Assembly: GCF_964204645.1 (NCBI RefSeq)
Contig: NC_134032.1
Location: 682,001-746,000, forward strand
Reading direction: 5' to 3'
Length of the DNA stretch: 64,000 nt
Source of the DNA: Tubulanus polymorphus
Lineage: Eukaryota > Animalia > Nemertea
Made by a program: the position numbers and the translations under genes. Positions within the stretch are counted from its first letter, which is position 1; every line of letters begins with the position of its first letter. Shown piece by piece: positions 1 through 12,484 of the stretch. The notes under the pieces are model-generated. The model worked only from the letters and a program-made list of their open reading frames with translations. It was not told the origin of the DNA and did not search any database.

Positions 1-1358
1 GATTATAACTTATCCATGAGGCTTCTCTCGAGAATTGGCTGGTTAGACAAGTGAACCGATTAGGATACTTAGGTCGGGTTTAGGCTTTAAAACCGACACA
101 GATTGGAACATCGTTACAGCAAACAGTACTCCGTATACCAAGTACGTTTTATCAAACGAGGTTAACGAAAATATAGATATCTACTTATTTTATTATATTA
201 TTATTATCATTATTATTATTACGAGCTACAATTTTGCAATTGATTGGTGGTAACAATCTTCATTTTCTTAAATCAATCATATCAATCCGGGTTTCTAATG
301 TGATAAAGAAAAACCCATTAAAGCAGGTTTTTTGCGGCACGTTTTTTACTGCGAGGCCGCATGTTCGGTGAACTTTAGGGTTAAACGAATATGATACCTT
401 GTTTCTCCGCACGGCCGGGTCATTTTTGTAAAATATGATAACATTTATAACCAGCACATTCCTATAGCTGACGGGTCTGTTACGGGTAAGATCGATCACG
501 ATTTGAAAAAAAACGTATTAATGTATAGGGTAGATAGGCGGCCAGCCGGGTCAACTTTACAGCTCAGCGGGGCGGAGAAACAAAGTATACATTTCTAGCC
601 TTAGTTAAAATATATTCTCTTCTGCGTCTTTTAATGTTAGTTTCATTAAAATCGATTGAAGTCAGTTTCGATACACTAGACCTGACCTAGTTGTCACTTA
701 GTGGAAAAACTGGCGCGAATTTTAGGGCCGATTTTTCATCCTCGAGGGATCTATTAAAATAATAAACATTTAAATCCCCCATAATCGATCTATCGCTCTA
801 GAACTACTGTCGTTCTAATAAAGGACAGTTCCATAAAAAATTCACACTCGACCAAAATTGAGTCCAATTTAAACAATTTTCTCTAATTCAAGACGCTTAG
901 GCGCTACATCCTAGCAGGCGCATAGCGCGCTTCGACAAAACGCAATCCGTGCATTTCGACTAAACTCTCTTTGAGACTGAACCGATATCGGATAACATAA
1001 AATTACAGGTCTGGTCTGGCGTTAGCGCGAGCGTCTGAAATTGGGCACCCTATATACCCTTAAAAATATGTATTTTACTTTGAAAAATATAGATAAAAAG
1101 CTGAAGCACTGAATCCGGTGAATATTGTGGGGTCTGATCCCTTAACGACCTCCCCTGACCCCCAGGGGTAAAAGTTTTGATAGTAACAGGTTTTTTTTCT
1201 GAAAGCCCATCTCGTGTTACATGAACCCGAGTTTGTTACCAATTTCTAACATTCGGCGCCTATAGAAGTATTTTTATGCGTTTTGCCGGCTGACTACGAG
1301 TAGCATTTCATTGTATACACGTCGTTCTCGAACTCTAGAATCGGTTTAGACTTCGGTT

Positions 1359-3733
1359 CTAAATCGGGGGAGTTAATACAGTGTTTATATTGTAGAATCT
1401 CAGTGAGTTCTGATCATCACTGATATCACGGTGATGGATAACTACAGTGTCACTGTTACACACGTGATGTATGTCACATGTCTCACTGTCTGTAGAGTTC
1501 AGTATTATACGCGGGTGATCTATAAACCCCTCATCATTATATCTGATACTAATAACAGATCCTCTGTTACCAGTATTAGAGTATACCGATAGCAATACTT
1601 GATTATCATTAATGACACACGGGAATCCCATACATGGATCAAATGTCAGTCCGCAATCGTTCATAGTAATAAAACTGATCAATTCTGCTTCTGGTTTTAG
1701 ATACAATAATCTGCGTGTACGCAAACAGTAGATAAATATACGTCCCCGCGTGTCGACATCGAAACCGTAGATATAAAAGTAATCTCCATCCGGGAGCTGA
1801 TAGTTCTTCACTCGATTTCTATCGATCAATCTGTTTTCAGGGTTTTCTAATAAACGTAAAACATGAATTTCACTATCTCCTGTCTGTATAAAGATATTGT
1901 GATCACGGATTACGAAGGATCCACAGACTCCAGGCAGGAGATCAGTGATATTTTCTTCGAAGAGTTTTTTCTGATTTTTATATTTTCTCAGGATGTATTC
2001 CCTGTTTTTCCTCACGACCACAAACAGAAACCCGTTACCATCAGCAGCGAGTCCATGTATCCAACCATCAATCTCTATGTATCCCTGTATATTATCATCA
2101 TTCACACTATATATACAATTAGTGGAGCGATACTGCGCACATATAACACGTGACTGTTCACCCTCGTGTTCACCGGGTATTGACGTCACCATGTTGAGTA
2201 CGAAATCTGTATCTACCTGTTTATTGACCGTCAATGAATCGATTAATTCTACACGTAGCCGCGTGACGTCATCGATATATCCCTCCAGTTTATCAATTCT
2301 CCCTATGACGTCCTCAGTAGATCGCTCCGCTCTATCCATTCTCTCTATGACATCATCAACAGATCCCTCCACATTTCCAATTCTCTCTTTGACGTCATCA
2401 GTAGATCTTTCCACTTTATAATTTCTCCGTATGACGTCATCATTGATATTAGTCAGTTTTGTCTCCAATGCTTTAAGTTGCTGTTCAGTACAGCATTGAT
2501 TCAGCCTCTCTTCAAGTTGTTGTTCAGTACAGAACCGGTTCAGCCTCTCTTCAAGTTGTTGTTCAGTACAGAACCGGTTCTGCCTCTCTTCAAGTTGTTG
2601 TTCAGTACAGAACCGGTTCTGCCTCTCTTCAACTATTTCTATAGTGTGTTTCAATTGACAGAATTGATTTTCTAGATTATCGTGAAACTGTCTGACATGT
2701 TCTATAAAAGACCGATGTCGTTCATCAATGTCTGATCGAACTGTTCGGGTTTCACTGATCGACACACCTACTGAATTTACTTTATACAAATTATGTGCCT
2801 GATTTGAAGCGATCACATGAAGCCCCGACACTAATGAATGCGGGGCTTGTTGAAGATGTGTTTTTAAGTTCCGCGCTGTTTCGTCGTCTGAGCATTTAAC
2901 GATAAACACATGAATCGCTGGACAGTGATTAAACCCGATATGATGATTCGGTATCTCTACACCAGGGGGCGCTTCTCTCCATTCTAATTTCACCTGAAAT
3001 TGAAAAATATAGTTATATTAAGGGTGAAACTTAAGGGGGGGGGGGGGGTTGCTGATACAATTTCATCGGAACTTATTGCAGCTCGAGCGCTGTAGGCATG
3101 GACGGGCGAGGCGGAGGTCTAACCCCCAGAAAGTTTTTGGAATTTTGCTGCTTTTAAAAATTATTTCCTGCAATCTCGGAACAGTAACGGAACTCGGTTG
3201 GCTTCATGTCGTAGTAAATAAGATAAAAGATACGATCAGGGTGGAATTTTTCCGGGGGGAGAGGGGTGCACCAACTGCACCTGCCCCCCCCCCACCTACG
3301 GGCCTGAAATTGTTTGCTGTACGAGACTAGAATTGTTGGATTCTTGATATTCGTATTCTGCGAATCGGGGTCTGGGTTTGGTATATTATTCAACATTCAA
3401 GTAAAGAAATCAGACATATATATTTCTATCGGGTCCGAACGATGTATTGTTTACCTCGTCAAACGGCATCATTTGTACATTTATAACTTGTTCCGTATAG
3501 ATCGCTTTCAGTTTTACTTCGATAATAGTCTCTAATTCTTCTGTCCACATCTGTATCGGTAGTTGTAATTGATTACCAGCAGTAGCGATCAGATCACATT
3601 CTAAATCGAACAACGGTTGAAAGTAATAATTCTGTATTGTTCTGTAGTCGTTGTCGTGATCCGACCAAACACCGATCTTGCGACCACGATAAGAAACTGC
3701 GAGCTCGAATCTGTACGTAGAATTAGACGCCAT
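1359..3733 (-). CDS. Array gene copy 1: N-terminal alpha/beta domain + coiled-coil stalk (4 x 13-aa repeat) + NHL-like beta-propeller; exons 3733-3455 and 2993-1359 (~637 aa)
   Basis: Exon 1 ORF MASNSTY...PFDE ends at GAG|GTAAAC (3455/3454). The large ORF starts right after atttttcaatttcag|GTG (2994/2993). Both are phase 0, so they join in frame. The C-terminus has NHL-like blade motifs GLAADGNGFLFVV and GFDVDTRGRIFIY. Confidence 0.85.
2475..2630 (-). repeat. Coding 39-bp tandem repeat (EERLNRFCTEQQL) x4; 3-5 copies in the other paralogs (e.g. 15564-15758, x5)
   Basis: Exact 39-bp periodicity of aagttgttgttcagtacagaaccggttcagcctctcttc. Confidence 0.95.
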
Positions 3734-5680
3734 GTTGTTTTTGGGCGTTTTCTAACTGTAGATTGTGCAGGCGTGACCTCCTCACGCGCGCGGGTCTCAC
3801 GCGTCTTGCCATAAAGTTAAAACCACACGGCACTGATAACACGAAACAGCGATACAAATACAATACTCATCAAATGATGAATAGACATGCTTTGAGATCG
3901 CTTGTTCTGAACGGTGTCTCCTGGTGAGCAGGAGAACCTCTCTTCCAGTGTCGACGCGGTTCCTAACGTGATACCGGCAAGGCTACTGTGCGAAGCGAGG
4001 ATTCATTGATGATCCATAGGTGTCGCTAAGTGGTACGGGGTTTCCGCTATTCAATGTCCTCGCACATTTTTTTTATTCGAGTAGACTTTTACGATTATTA
4101 AATCAATTTTTAGTTAAATGAATACCATACCCTCCTGAACAAAATCTCAAGTAGAATACCCTGTAGTAAATTCGAGTCCGTTTGTCGTTTGGGCTGACTA
4201 TACCAGGAAATATATAGTGGACTTCGGAGCTTTCTCGGTAACTGATTGCTGTTAATGCTTGCTGTTGACTGAACTCACCTGACCAGTATATTTTAGATGT
4301 CACATATCCCAGGGACAATAACTGATTATAACTTATCCATGAGGCTTCTCTCGAGAATTGGCTGGTTAGACAAGTGAACCGATTAGGATACTTAGGTCGG
4401 GTTTAGGCTTTAAAACCGACACAGATTGGAACATCGTTACAGCAAACAGTACTCCGTATACCAAGTACGTTTTATCAAACGAGGTTAACGAAAATATAGA
4501 TATCTACTTATTTTATTATATTATTATTATCATTATTATTATTACGAGCTACAATTTTGCAATTGATTGGTGGTAACAATCTTCATTTTCTTAAATCAAT
4601 CATATCAATCCGGGTTTCTAATGTGATAAAGAAAAACCCATTAAAGCAGGTTTTTTGCGGCACGTTTTTTACTGCGAGGCCGCATGTTCGATGTACTTAA
4701 GGGTTAAACGAATATGATACCTTGTTTCTCCGCAGCGGCCGGGTCATTTTTGTAAAATATGATAAAATTTATAACCAGCACATTCCTATAGCTGCCGGGT
4801 CTGTTACGGGTAAGATCGATCACGATTTCAAAAAAAAAAGTAATGTACAGGGTAGATAGGCGGCCAGCCGGGTCAACTTTACAGCTCAGCGGGGCGGAGA
4901 AACAAAGTATACATTTCTAGCCTTAGTGAAAATATATTCTCTGTTGCGTCTTTTAATGTTAGTTTCATTAAAATCGATTGAAGTCAGTTTCGATACACTA
5001 GACCTGACCTAGTTGTCACTTAGTGGAAAAACTGGCGCGAATTTTTGGGCCGATCTTTCATCCTCGAGGGATCTATTAAAATAGTAAACATTTAAATCCC
5101 CCATAATCGATCTATCGCTCTTGAACTACTGTCGTTCTGATAAAGGACAGTTCCATAAAAAATTCACACTCGACCAAAATTGAGTCCAATTTAAACAATT
5201 TTCTCTAATTCAAGACGCTTAGGCGCTACATCCTAGCAGGCGCATAGCGCGCTTCGACAAAACGCAATCCGTGCATTTCGACTAAACTCTCTTTGAGACC
5301 GAACCGATATCGGATAACATAAAATTACAGGTCTGGTCTGGCGTTAGCGCAAGCGTCTGAAATTGGGCACCCTATATACCCTTAAAAATATGTATTTTAC
5401 TTTGAAAAATATAGATAAATAGCTGAAGCACTGAATCCGGTGAATATTGTGGGGTCTGATCCCTTAACGACCTCCCCTGACCCCCAGGGGTAAAAGTTTT
5501 GATAGTAGCAGGTTTTTTTTCTGAAAGCCCATCTCGTGTTACATGAACCCGAATTTGTTACCAATTTCTAACATTCGGCGCCTATAGAAGTATTTTTATG
5601 CGTTTTGCCGGCTGACTACGAGTAGCATTTCATTGTATACACGTCGTTCTCGAACCCTAGAATCGGTTTAGACTTCGGCT

Positions 5681-8050
5681 CTAAATCGGGGGAGTCAATA
5701 CAGTGTTTATATTGTAGAATCTCAGTGACTCCTGATCATCACTGATATCCCAGTGATGGATAACTACAGTGTTACTGTTTAACACGTGATGTATGTCACC
5801 TGTCCTACTGTCTGTAGAGTTCAGTATTATACGCGGGTGATCTATAAACCCCTCATCATTATATCTGATACTAATAACAGCACCTCTGTTAACATGTTGA
5901 CCACAGTATACCGATAGTAATACTTGATTATCATTAATGACACACGGGAATCCTGCATATGGACCAAATGTCAGTCCGCAATCGTTCATATAAATAAAAC
6001 TGATCAATTCTGCTTCTGGTGTTAGATACAATAATCTGTGTGTACGCAAACAGTAGATAAATATACGTCCCCGCGTGTCGAAATCGAAACTGTTGATAGA
6101 GTAAAATCCATCCGGGAGCTGATAGTTCTTCACTCGGCATCTATCAATCAATCTGTTTTCAGGGTTTTCTAATAAACGTAAAACATGAATTTCACTATCT
6201 CCTGTCTGTATAAAGATATTGTGATCACGGATTACGAAGGATCCACAGACTACAGACAGGAGATCAGTGATATTTTCTTCGAAGAGTTTTTCCATATTTT
6301 TATATTTTCTCAGGATGTATTCACTGTTTTTCCTCACGACCACAAACAGAAACCCGTTACCATCAGCAGCGAGTCCTTGTATCCAACCATCAATCTCTAT
6401 GTATCTCTGTATATTATCATCATTCACACTATATATATAACCAGTGGAGTTATGGCTCGCACATATAACACGTGACTGTTCACCCTCGTGTTCACCGGGT
6501 ATTGACGTCACCAGGCTGAGGAAGTCTGTATCTACCCGTTTATTGACCGTCAATGAATCGATTATTCCTACACGTAGCCGCGTGACGTCATCGATACATC
6601 CCTCCAGTTTATCAATTCTCCCTATGACGTCCTCAGTAGATCGTTCCGCTCTATCCATTCTCTCTATGACATCATCAACAGATCCCTCCACATTTCCAAT
6701 TCTCTCTTTGACGTCATCAGTAGATCTTTCCACTTTATAATTTCTCCGTATGACGTCATCATTTATATTAGTCAGTTTTGTCTCCAATGCTTTAAGTTGT
6801 TGTTCAGTACAGAACCGGTTCAGCCTCTCTTCAAGTTGTTGTTCAGTACAGAACCGGTTCTGCCTCTCTTCAAGTTGTTGTTCAGTACAGAACCGGTTCA
6901 GCCTCTCTTCAAGTTGTTGTTCAGTACAGAACCGGTTCAGCCTCTCTTCAACTGTTTCTATAGTGTGTTTCAATTGACAGAATTGATTTTCTAAATTATC
7001 GTGAAACTGTCTGACATGTTCTATAAAAGACCGATGTCGTTCATCAATGTCTGATCGAACTGTTCGGGTTTCACTGATCGACACACCTACTGAATTTACT
7101 TTATACAAATTATGTGCCTGATTTGAAGCGATCACATGAAGCCCCGACACTAATGAATGCGGGGCTTGTTGAAGATGTGTTTTTAAGTTCCGCGCTGTTT
7201 CGTCGTCTGAGCATTTAACGATAAACACATGAATCGCTGGACAGTGATTAAACCCGATATGATGATTCGGTATCTCTACACCAGGGGGCGCTTCTCTCCA
7301 TTCTAATTTCACCTGAAATTGAAAAATATAGTTATATTAAGGGTGAAACTTAAGGGGGGGGGGGGGTTGCTGATACAATTTCATCGGAACTTATTGCAGC
7401 TCGAGCGCTGTAGGCATGGACGGGCGAGGCGGAGGTCAAACCCCCAGAAAGTTTTTGGAATTTTGCTGCTTTTAAAAATTATTTCCTGCAATCTCGGAAC
7501 AGTAACGGAACTCGGTTGGCTTCATGTCGTAGTAAATAAGATAAAAGATACGATCAGGGTGGAATTTTTCCGGGGGGAGAGGGGTGCACCAACTGCACCT
7601 GCCCCCCCCCACCTACGGGCCTGAAATTGTTTGCTGTACGAGACTAGAATTGTTGGATTCTTGATATTCGTATTCTGCGAATCGGGGTCTGGGTTTGGTA
7701 TATTATTCAACATTCAAGTAAAGAAATCAGACATATATATTTCTATCGGGTCCGAACGATGTATTGTTTACCTCGTCAAACGGCATCATTTGTACATTTA
7801 TAACTTGTTCCGTATAGATCGCTTTCAGTTTTACTTCGATAATAGTCTCTAATTCTTCTGTCCACATCTGTATCGGTAGTTGTAATTGATCACCAGCAGT
7901 AGCGATCAGATCACATTCTAAATCGAACAACGGTTGAAAGTAATAATTCTGTATCGTTCTGTAGTCGTTGTCGTGATCCGACCAAACACCGATCTTGCGA
8001 CCACGATAAGAAACTGCGAGCTCGAATCTGTACGTAGAATTAGACGCCAT
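5681..8050 (-). CDS. Array gene copy 2; exons 8050-7772 and 7312-5681 (~636 aa; 4 x 13-aa repeat)
   Basis: Same splice signals as copy 1; intact ORFs. Confidence 0.85.
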
Positions 8051-9016
8051 GTTGTTTTTGGGCGTTTTCTTACTGTAGATTGTGCAGGCGTCACCTCCTC
8101 ACGCGCGCGGGTCTCACGCGTCTTGCCATAAAGTTAAAACCACACGGCACTGATAACACGAAACAGCGATACAAATACAATACTTATCAAATGATGAATA
8201 GACATGCTTTGAGATCGCTTGTTCTGAACGGTGTCTCCTGGTGAGCAGGAGAACCTCTCTTCCAGTGTCGACGCGGTTCCTAACGTGATACCGGCAAGGC
8301 TACTGTGCGAAGCGAGGATTCATTGATGATCCATAGGTGTCGCTAAGTGGTACGGGGTTTCCGCTATTCAATGTCCTCCCACATTTTTTTTATTCGAGTA
8401 GACTTTTCCGATTTTTAAATCAATTTTTAGTTAAATGAATACCATACCCTCCTGAACAAAATCTCAAGTAGAATACCCTGTAGTAAATTCGAGTCCGTTT
8501 GTCGTTTGGGCTGACTATACCAGGAAATATATAGTGGACTTCCGGAGCTTTCTCGGTAACTGATTGCTGTTAATGCTTGCTGTTGACTGAACTAACCTGA
8601 CCAGTTTATTTTAGATGTCACATATCCCAGGGACAATAACTGATTATAACTTATCCATGAAGCTTCTCTCGAGAATTGGCTGGTTAGACAAGTGAACCGA
8701 TTAGGATACTTAGGTCGGGTTTAGGCTTTAAAACCGACACAGATTGGAACATCGTTACAGCAAAGAGTACTCCGTATACCAAGTACGTTTTATCAAACTA
8801 GGTTAACGAAAATATAGATATCTACTTATTTTATTATATTATTATTATAATAATTATTACGAGCTACAATTTTGCAATTGATTGGTGGTAACAATCTTCA
8901 TTTTCTTAAATCAATCATATCAATCTGGGTTTCTAATGTGATAAAGAAAAACCCATTAAAGCAGGTTTTTTTGCGGCACGTTTTTTACTGCGAGGCCGCA
9001 TGTTCGATGTACTTAA

Positions 9017-9241
9017 GGGTTAAACGAATATGATACCTTGTTTCTCCGCACGGCCGGGTCATTTTTGTAAAATATGATAAAATTTATAACCAGCACATTC
9101 CTATAGCTGACGGGTCTGTTACGGGTAAGATCGATCACGATTTCAAAAGAAAAGTAATGTACAGGGTAGATAGGCGGCCAGCCGGGTCAACTTTACAGCT
9201 CAGCGGGGCGGAGAAACAAGGTATCAATTTTCTTTTTAGCC
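9017..9241. mobile_element. MITE (PIF/Harbinger-like) present in every array spacer; intact here
   Basis: Inner TIR TGATACCTTGTTTCTCCGC...GCGGAGAAACAAGGTATCA with GG...CC ends and TAA on both sides (9014-9016, 9242-9244). Dispersed relatives occur at 33542-33732, 38152-38372 and 48435-48646. Confidence 0.75.
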
Positions 9242-10079
9242 TAACTTCAAATATTTTTTACAATTCTAGTTTATTTATAATTTCAATAAAGAATCATCTG
9301 ACAAAGGTATACATTTCTAGCCTTAGTGAAAATATATTCTCTTCTGCGTCTTTTAATGTTAGTTTCATTAAAATCGATTGAAGTCAGTTTCGATACACTA
9401 GACCTGACCTAGTTGTCACTTAGTGGAAAAACTGGCGCGAATTTTTGGGCCGATCTTTCATCCTCGAGGGATCTATTAAAATAATAAACATTTAAATCCC
9501 CCATAATCGATCTATCGCTCTTGAACTACTGTCGTTCTAATAAAGGACAGTTCCATAACAAATTCACACTCGACCAAAATTGAGTCCAATTTAAACAATT
9601 TTCTCTAATTCAAGACGCTTAGGCGCTACATCCTAGCAGGCGCATAGCGCGCTTCGACAAAACGCAATCCGTGCATTTCGACTAAACTCTCTTTGAGACC
9701 GAACCGATATCGGATAACATAAAATTACAGGTCTGGTCTGGCGTTAGCGCAAGCGTCTGAAATTGGGCACCCTATATACCCTTCAAAATATGTATTTTAC
9801 TTTGAAAAATATAGATAAAAAGCTGAAGCACTGAATCCAGTGAATATTGTGGGGTCTGATCCCTTAACGACCTCCCCTGACCCCCAGGGGTAAAAGTTTT
9901 GATAGTAACAGGTTTTTTTCTGAAAGCCCATCTCGTGTTACATGAACCCGAGTTTGTTACCAATTTCTAACATTCGGCGCCTATAGAAGTATTTTTATGC
10001 GTTTTGCCGGCTGACTACGAGTAGCATTTCATTGTATACACGTCGTTCTCGAACCCTAGAATCGGTTTAGAATTCGGTT

Positions 10080-12484
10080 CTAAATCGGGGGAGTCAATAC
10101 AGTGTTTATATTGTAAAATCTCAATGAGTGCTGTAGGCCTATATTACTGTAATCCCAGTGTCGGATAACTACAGCGTTACTGTTTAACACGTGATGTATG
10201 TCACGTGTCACACTGTCTGTAGAGTTCAGTATTATACGCGGGTGATCTATAAACCCCTCATCATTATATCTGATACTAATAACAGCACCTCCGTTAACAC
10301 GGTGATCAGAGTATACCGATAGCAATACTTGATTATCATTAATGACACACGGGGATCCTGCATATGGACCAAATGTCAGTCCGCAATCGTGCATATAAAT
10401 AAAACTGATCAGTTCTGCTTCTGGTGTTAGATACAATAATCTGTGTGTATGCGAACAGTAGATAAATATACGTCCCCGCGTGTCCACATCGAAACTGTTG
10501 ATATACTTGTAATATCCACCCGGGAGCTGATAGTTCTTCACTCGGCATCTATCAATCAATCTGTTTACAGGGTTTTCTCGTAAAGGTAAAACATGAATGT
10601 CACTATCTCTATCTCCTGTCTGTATATAGATATTGTGATCACGGACCACTAAGGATCCACAGACTCTAGCCAGGAGATCAGTGATATTTTCTTCGAAGAG
10701 TTTTCTCTGATTTTTATATTTTCTCAGGATGTATTCACTGTTTTTCCACACGACCACAAACAGAAACCCGTTATTATCAGTATCGAGTCCTTGTATCCTA
10801 CCATCAATCTCTATGTATCTCTGTATATTATCATCATTCACACTATATATATAACCAGTGGAGTCATAGCGCGCACATATAACACGTGACTGTTCACCCT
10901 CGTGTTCACCAGGTAGTGACGTCACCAGGTGGGGTCTGAAATCTGTATCTACCCGTTTATTGACCGTCAATGAATCGATTATTCCTACACGTAGCCGCGT
11001 GACGTCATCGATAAATCCCTCCAGTTTATCAATTCTCCCTATGACGTCCTCAGTAGATCGTTCCGCTCTATCCATTCTCTCTATGACATCATCAACAGAT
11101 CCCTCCATATTTCCAATTCTCTCTTTGACGTCATCAGTAGATCTTTCCACTTTATAATTTCTCCGTATGAAGTCATCATTGATATTAGTCATTTTTGTCT
11201 CCAATGCTTTAAGTTGTTGTTCAGTACAGAACCGGTTCAGCCTTTCTTCAAGTTGTTGTTCAGTACAGCATTGGTTCAGCCTCTCTTCAAGTTGTTGTTC
11301 AGTACAGAACCGGTTCAGCCTCTCTTCAAGTTGTTGTTCAGTACAGAACCGGTTCAGCCTCTCTTCAACTGTTTCTATATTGTGTTTCAATTGACAGAAT
11401 TGATTTTCTAAATTATCGTGAAACTGTCTGACATGTTCTATAAAAGAACTATGTCGTTCATCAATGTCTGATCGAACTGTTCGGGTTTCACTGATCGGCA
11501 CACCTACTGAATTTACTTTATACAAATTATGTGCAGATGTCTGGTTTGAAGCGATCACATGAAGCCCCGACACTAATGAATGCGGGGCTTGTTGAAGATG
11601 TGTTTTTAAGTTTCGCGCTGTTTCATCGTCTGAGCATTTAACGATAAACACATGAATCGCCGGACAGTGATTAAACCCGATATGATGATTCGGTATCTCT
11701 ACACCAGGGGGCGCTTCTCTCCATTCTAGTTTCACCTGGAATTGAAAAATATAGTTATATTAAGGGTGAAACTTAAGGGGGGGTTGCTGATACAATTTCA
11801 TCGGAACTTATTGCAGCTCGAGCGCTGTAGGCATGATCGGGGAGGCGGAGGTTTAACCCCCAGAAAGTTTTTAGAATTTTGCTGCTTTTAAAAATGATTT
11901 CCTGCAATCTCGGAACAGTAACGGAACTCGGTTGGCTTCATGCCGTAGTAAATAAGACATAAGATACGATCAGGGTGGAATTTTTCCGGGGGGAGAGGGG
12001 TGCACCAACTGCACCTGTCCCCCCCCCCCCCACCTACGGTACTGAAATTGTTTGCTGTACGAGACTAGAATTGTTGGATTCTTGATATTCGTATTCTGCG
12101 AATCGGGGTCTGGGTTTGGTATATTATCAACTCTAAATTTTTATTCAACATTCAAGTAAAGAAATCAGACATATTTCTATCGGGTCCGAACGATGTATTG
12201 TTTACCTCGTCAAACGGCATCATTTGTACATTTATAACTTGTTCCGTATAGATCGATTTCAGTTCACATTTTATGTGGTTCTCTAATTCTTCTGTCCACA
12301 TCTGTATCGGTAGTTGTAATTGATCACCAGCAGTAGCGATCAGATCACATTCTAAATCGAACAACGGTTGAAAGTAATAATTCTGTATTGTTCTGTAGTC
12401 GTTGTCGTGATCCGACCAAACACCGATCTTGCGACCACGATAAGAAACTGCGAGCTCGAATCTGTACGTAGAATTAGACGCCAT
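10080..12484 (-). CDS. Array gene copy 3; exons 12484-12206 and 11735-10080 (~644 aa; 4 x 13-aa repeat)
   Basis: Donor GAG|GTAAAC and acceptor ttcaattccag|GTG conserved; intact ORFs. Confidence 0.85.

Noticed and set aside
1863-2675. Plus-strand ORFs antisense to the array genes, and 60-114 aa spacer ORFs (e.g. 260-499, 9157-9381)
   Set aside because: These are shadows of the real CDS or lie over the MITE. The spacer ORFs are broken by homopolymer indels in several units.
2991-2993. GTG start of a stand-alone 544-aa protein, with the 107-110 aa ORF as a separate partner gene
   Set aside because: The GTG directly follows a polypyrimidine-CAG acceptor, and the small ORF has an in-phase GAG|GTAAAC donor conserved in all 7 copies. 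The small ORF's tail after the donor varies by frameshift, as expected for intron sequence.
3154-3396. Possible extra exon inside the array intron (NIPNPDPDSQNTNIKNPT...)
   Set aside because: Candidate splice sites are not phase-compatible with the flanking exons, and the segment has frame-breaking indels and variable poly-C between copies. It cannot be fully excluded without cDNA.
4037-4045. NF-kB-like site GGGGTTTCC upstream of copies 1-6 (and GGAATTTTTCC in the intron)
   Set aside because: These are short, imperfect matches expected by chance, and repetition across units is not independent evidence.
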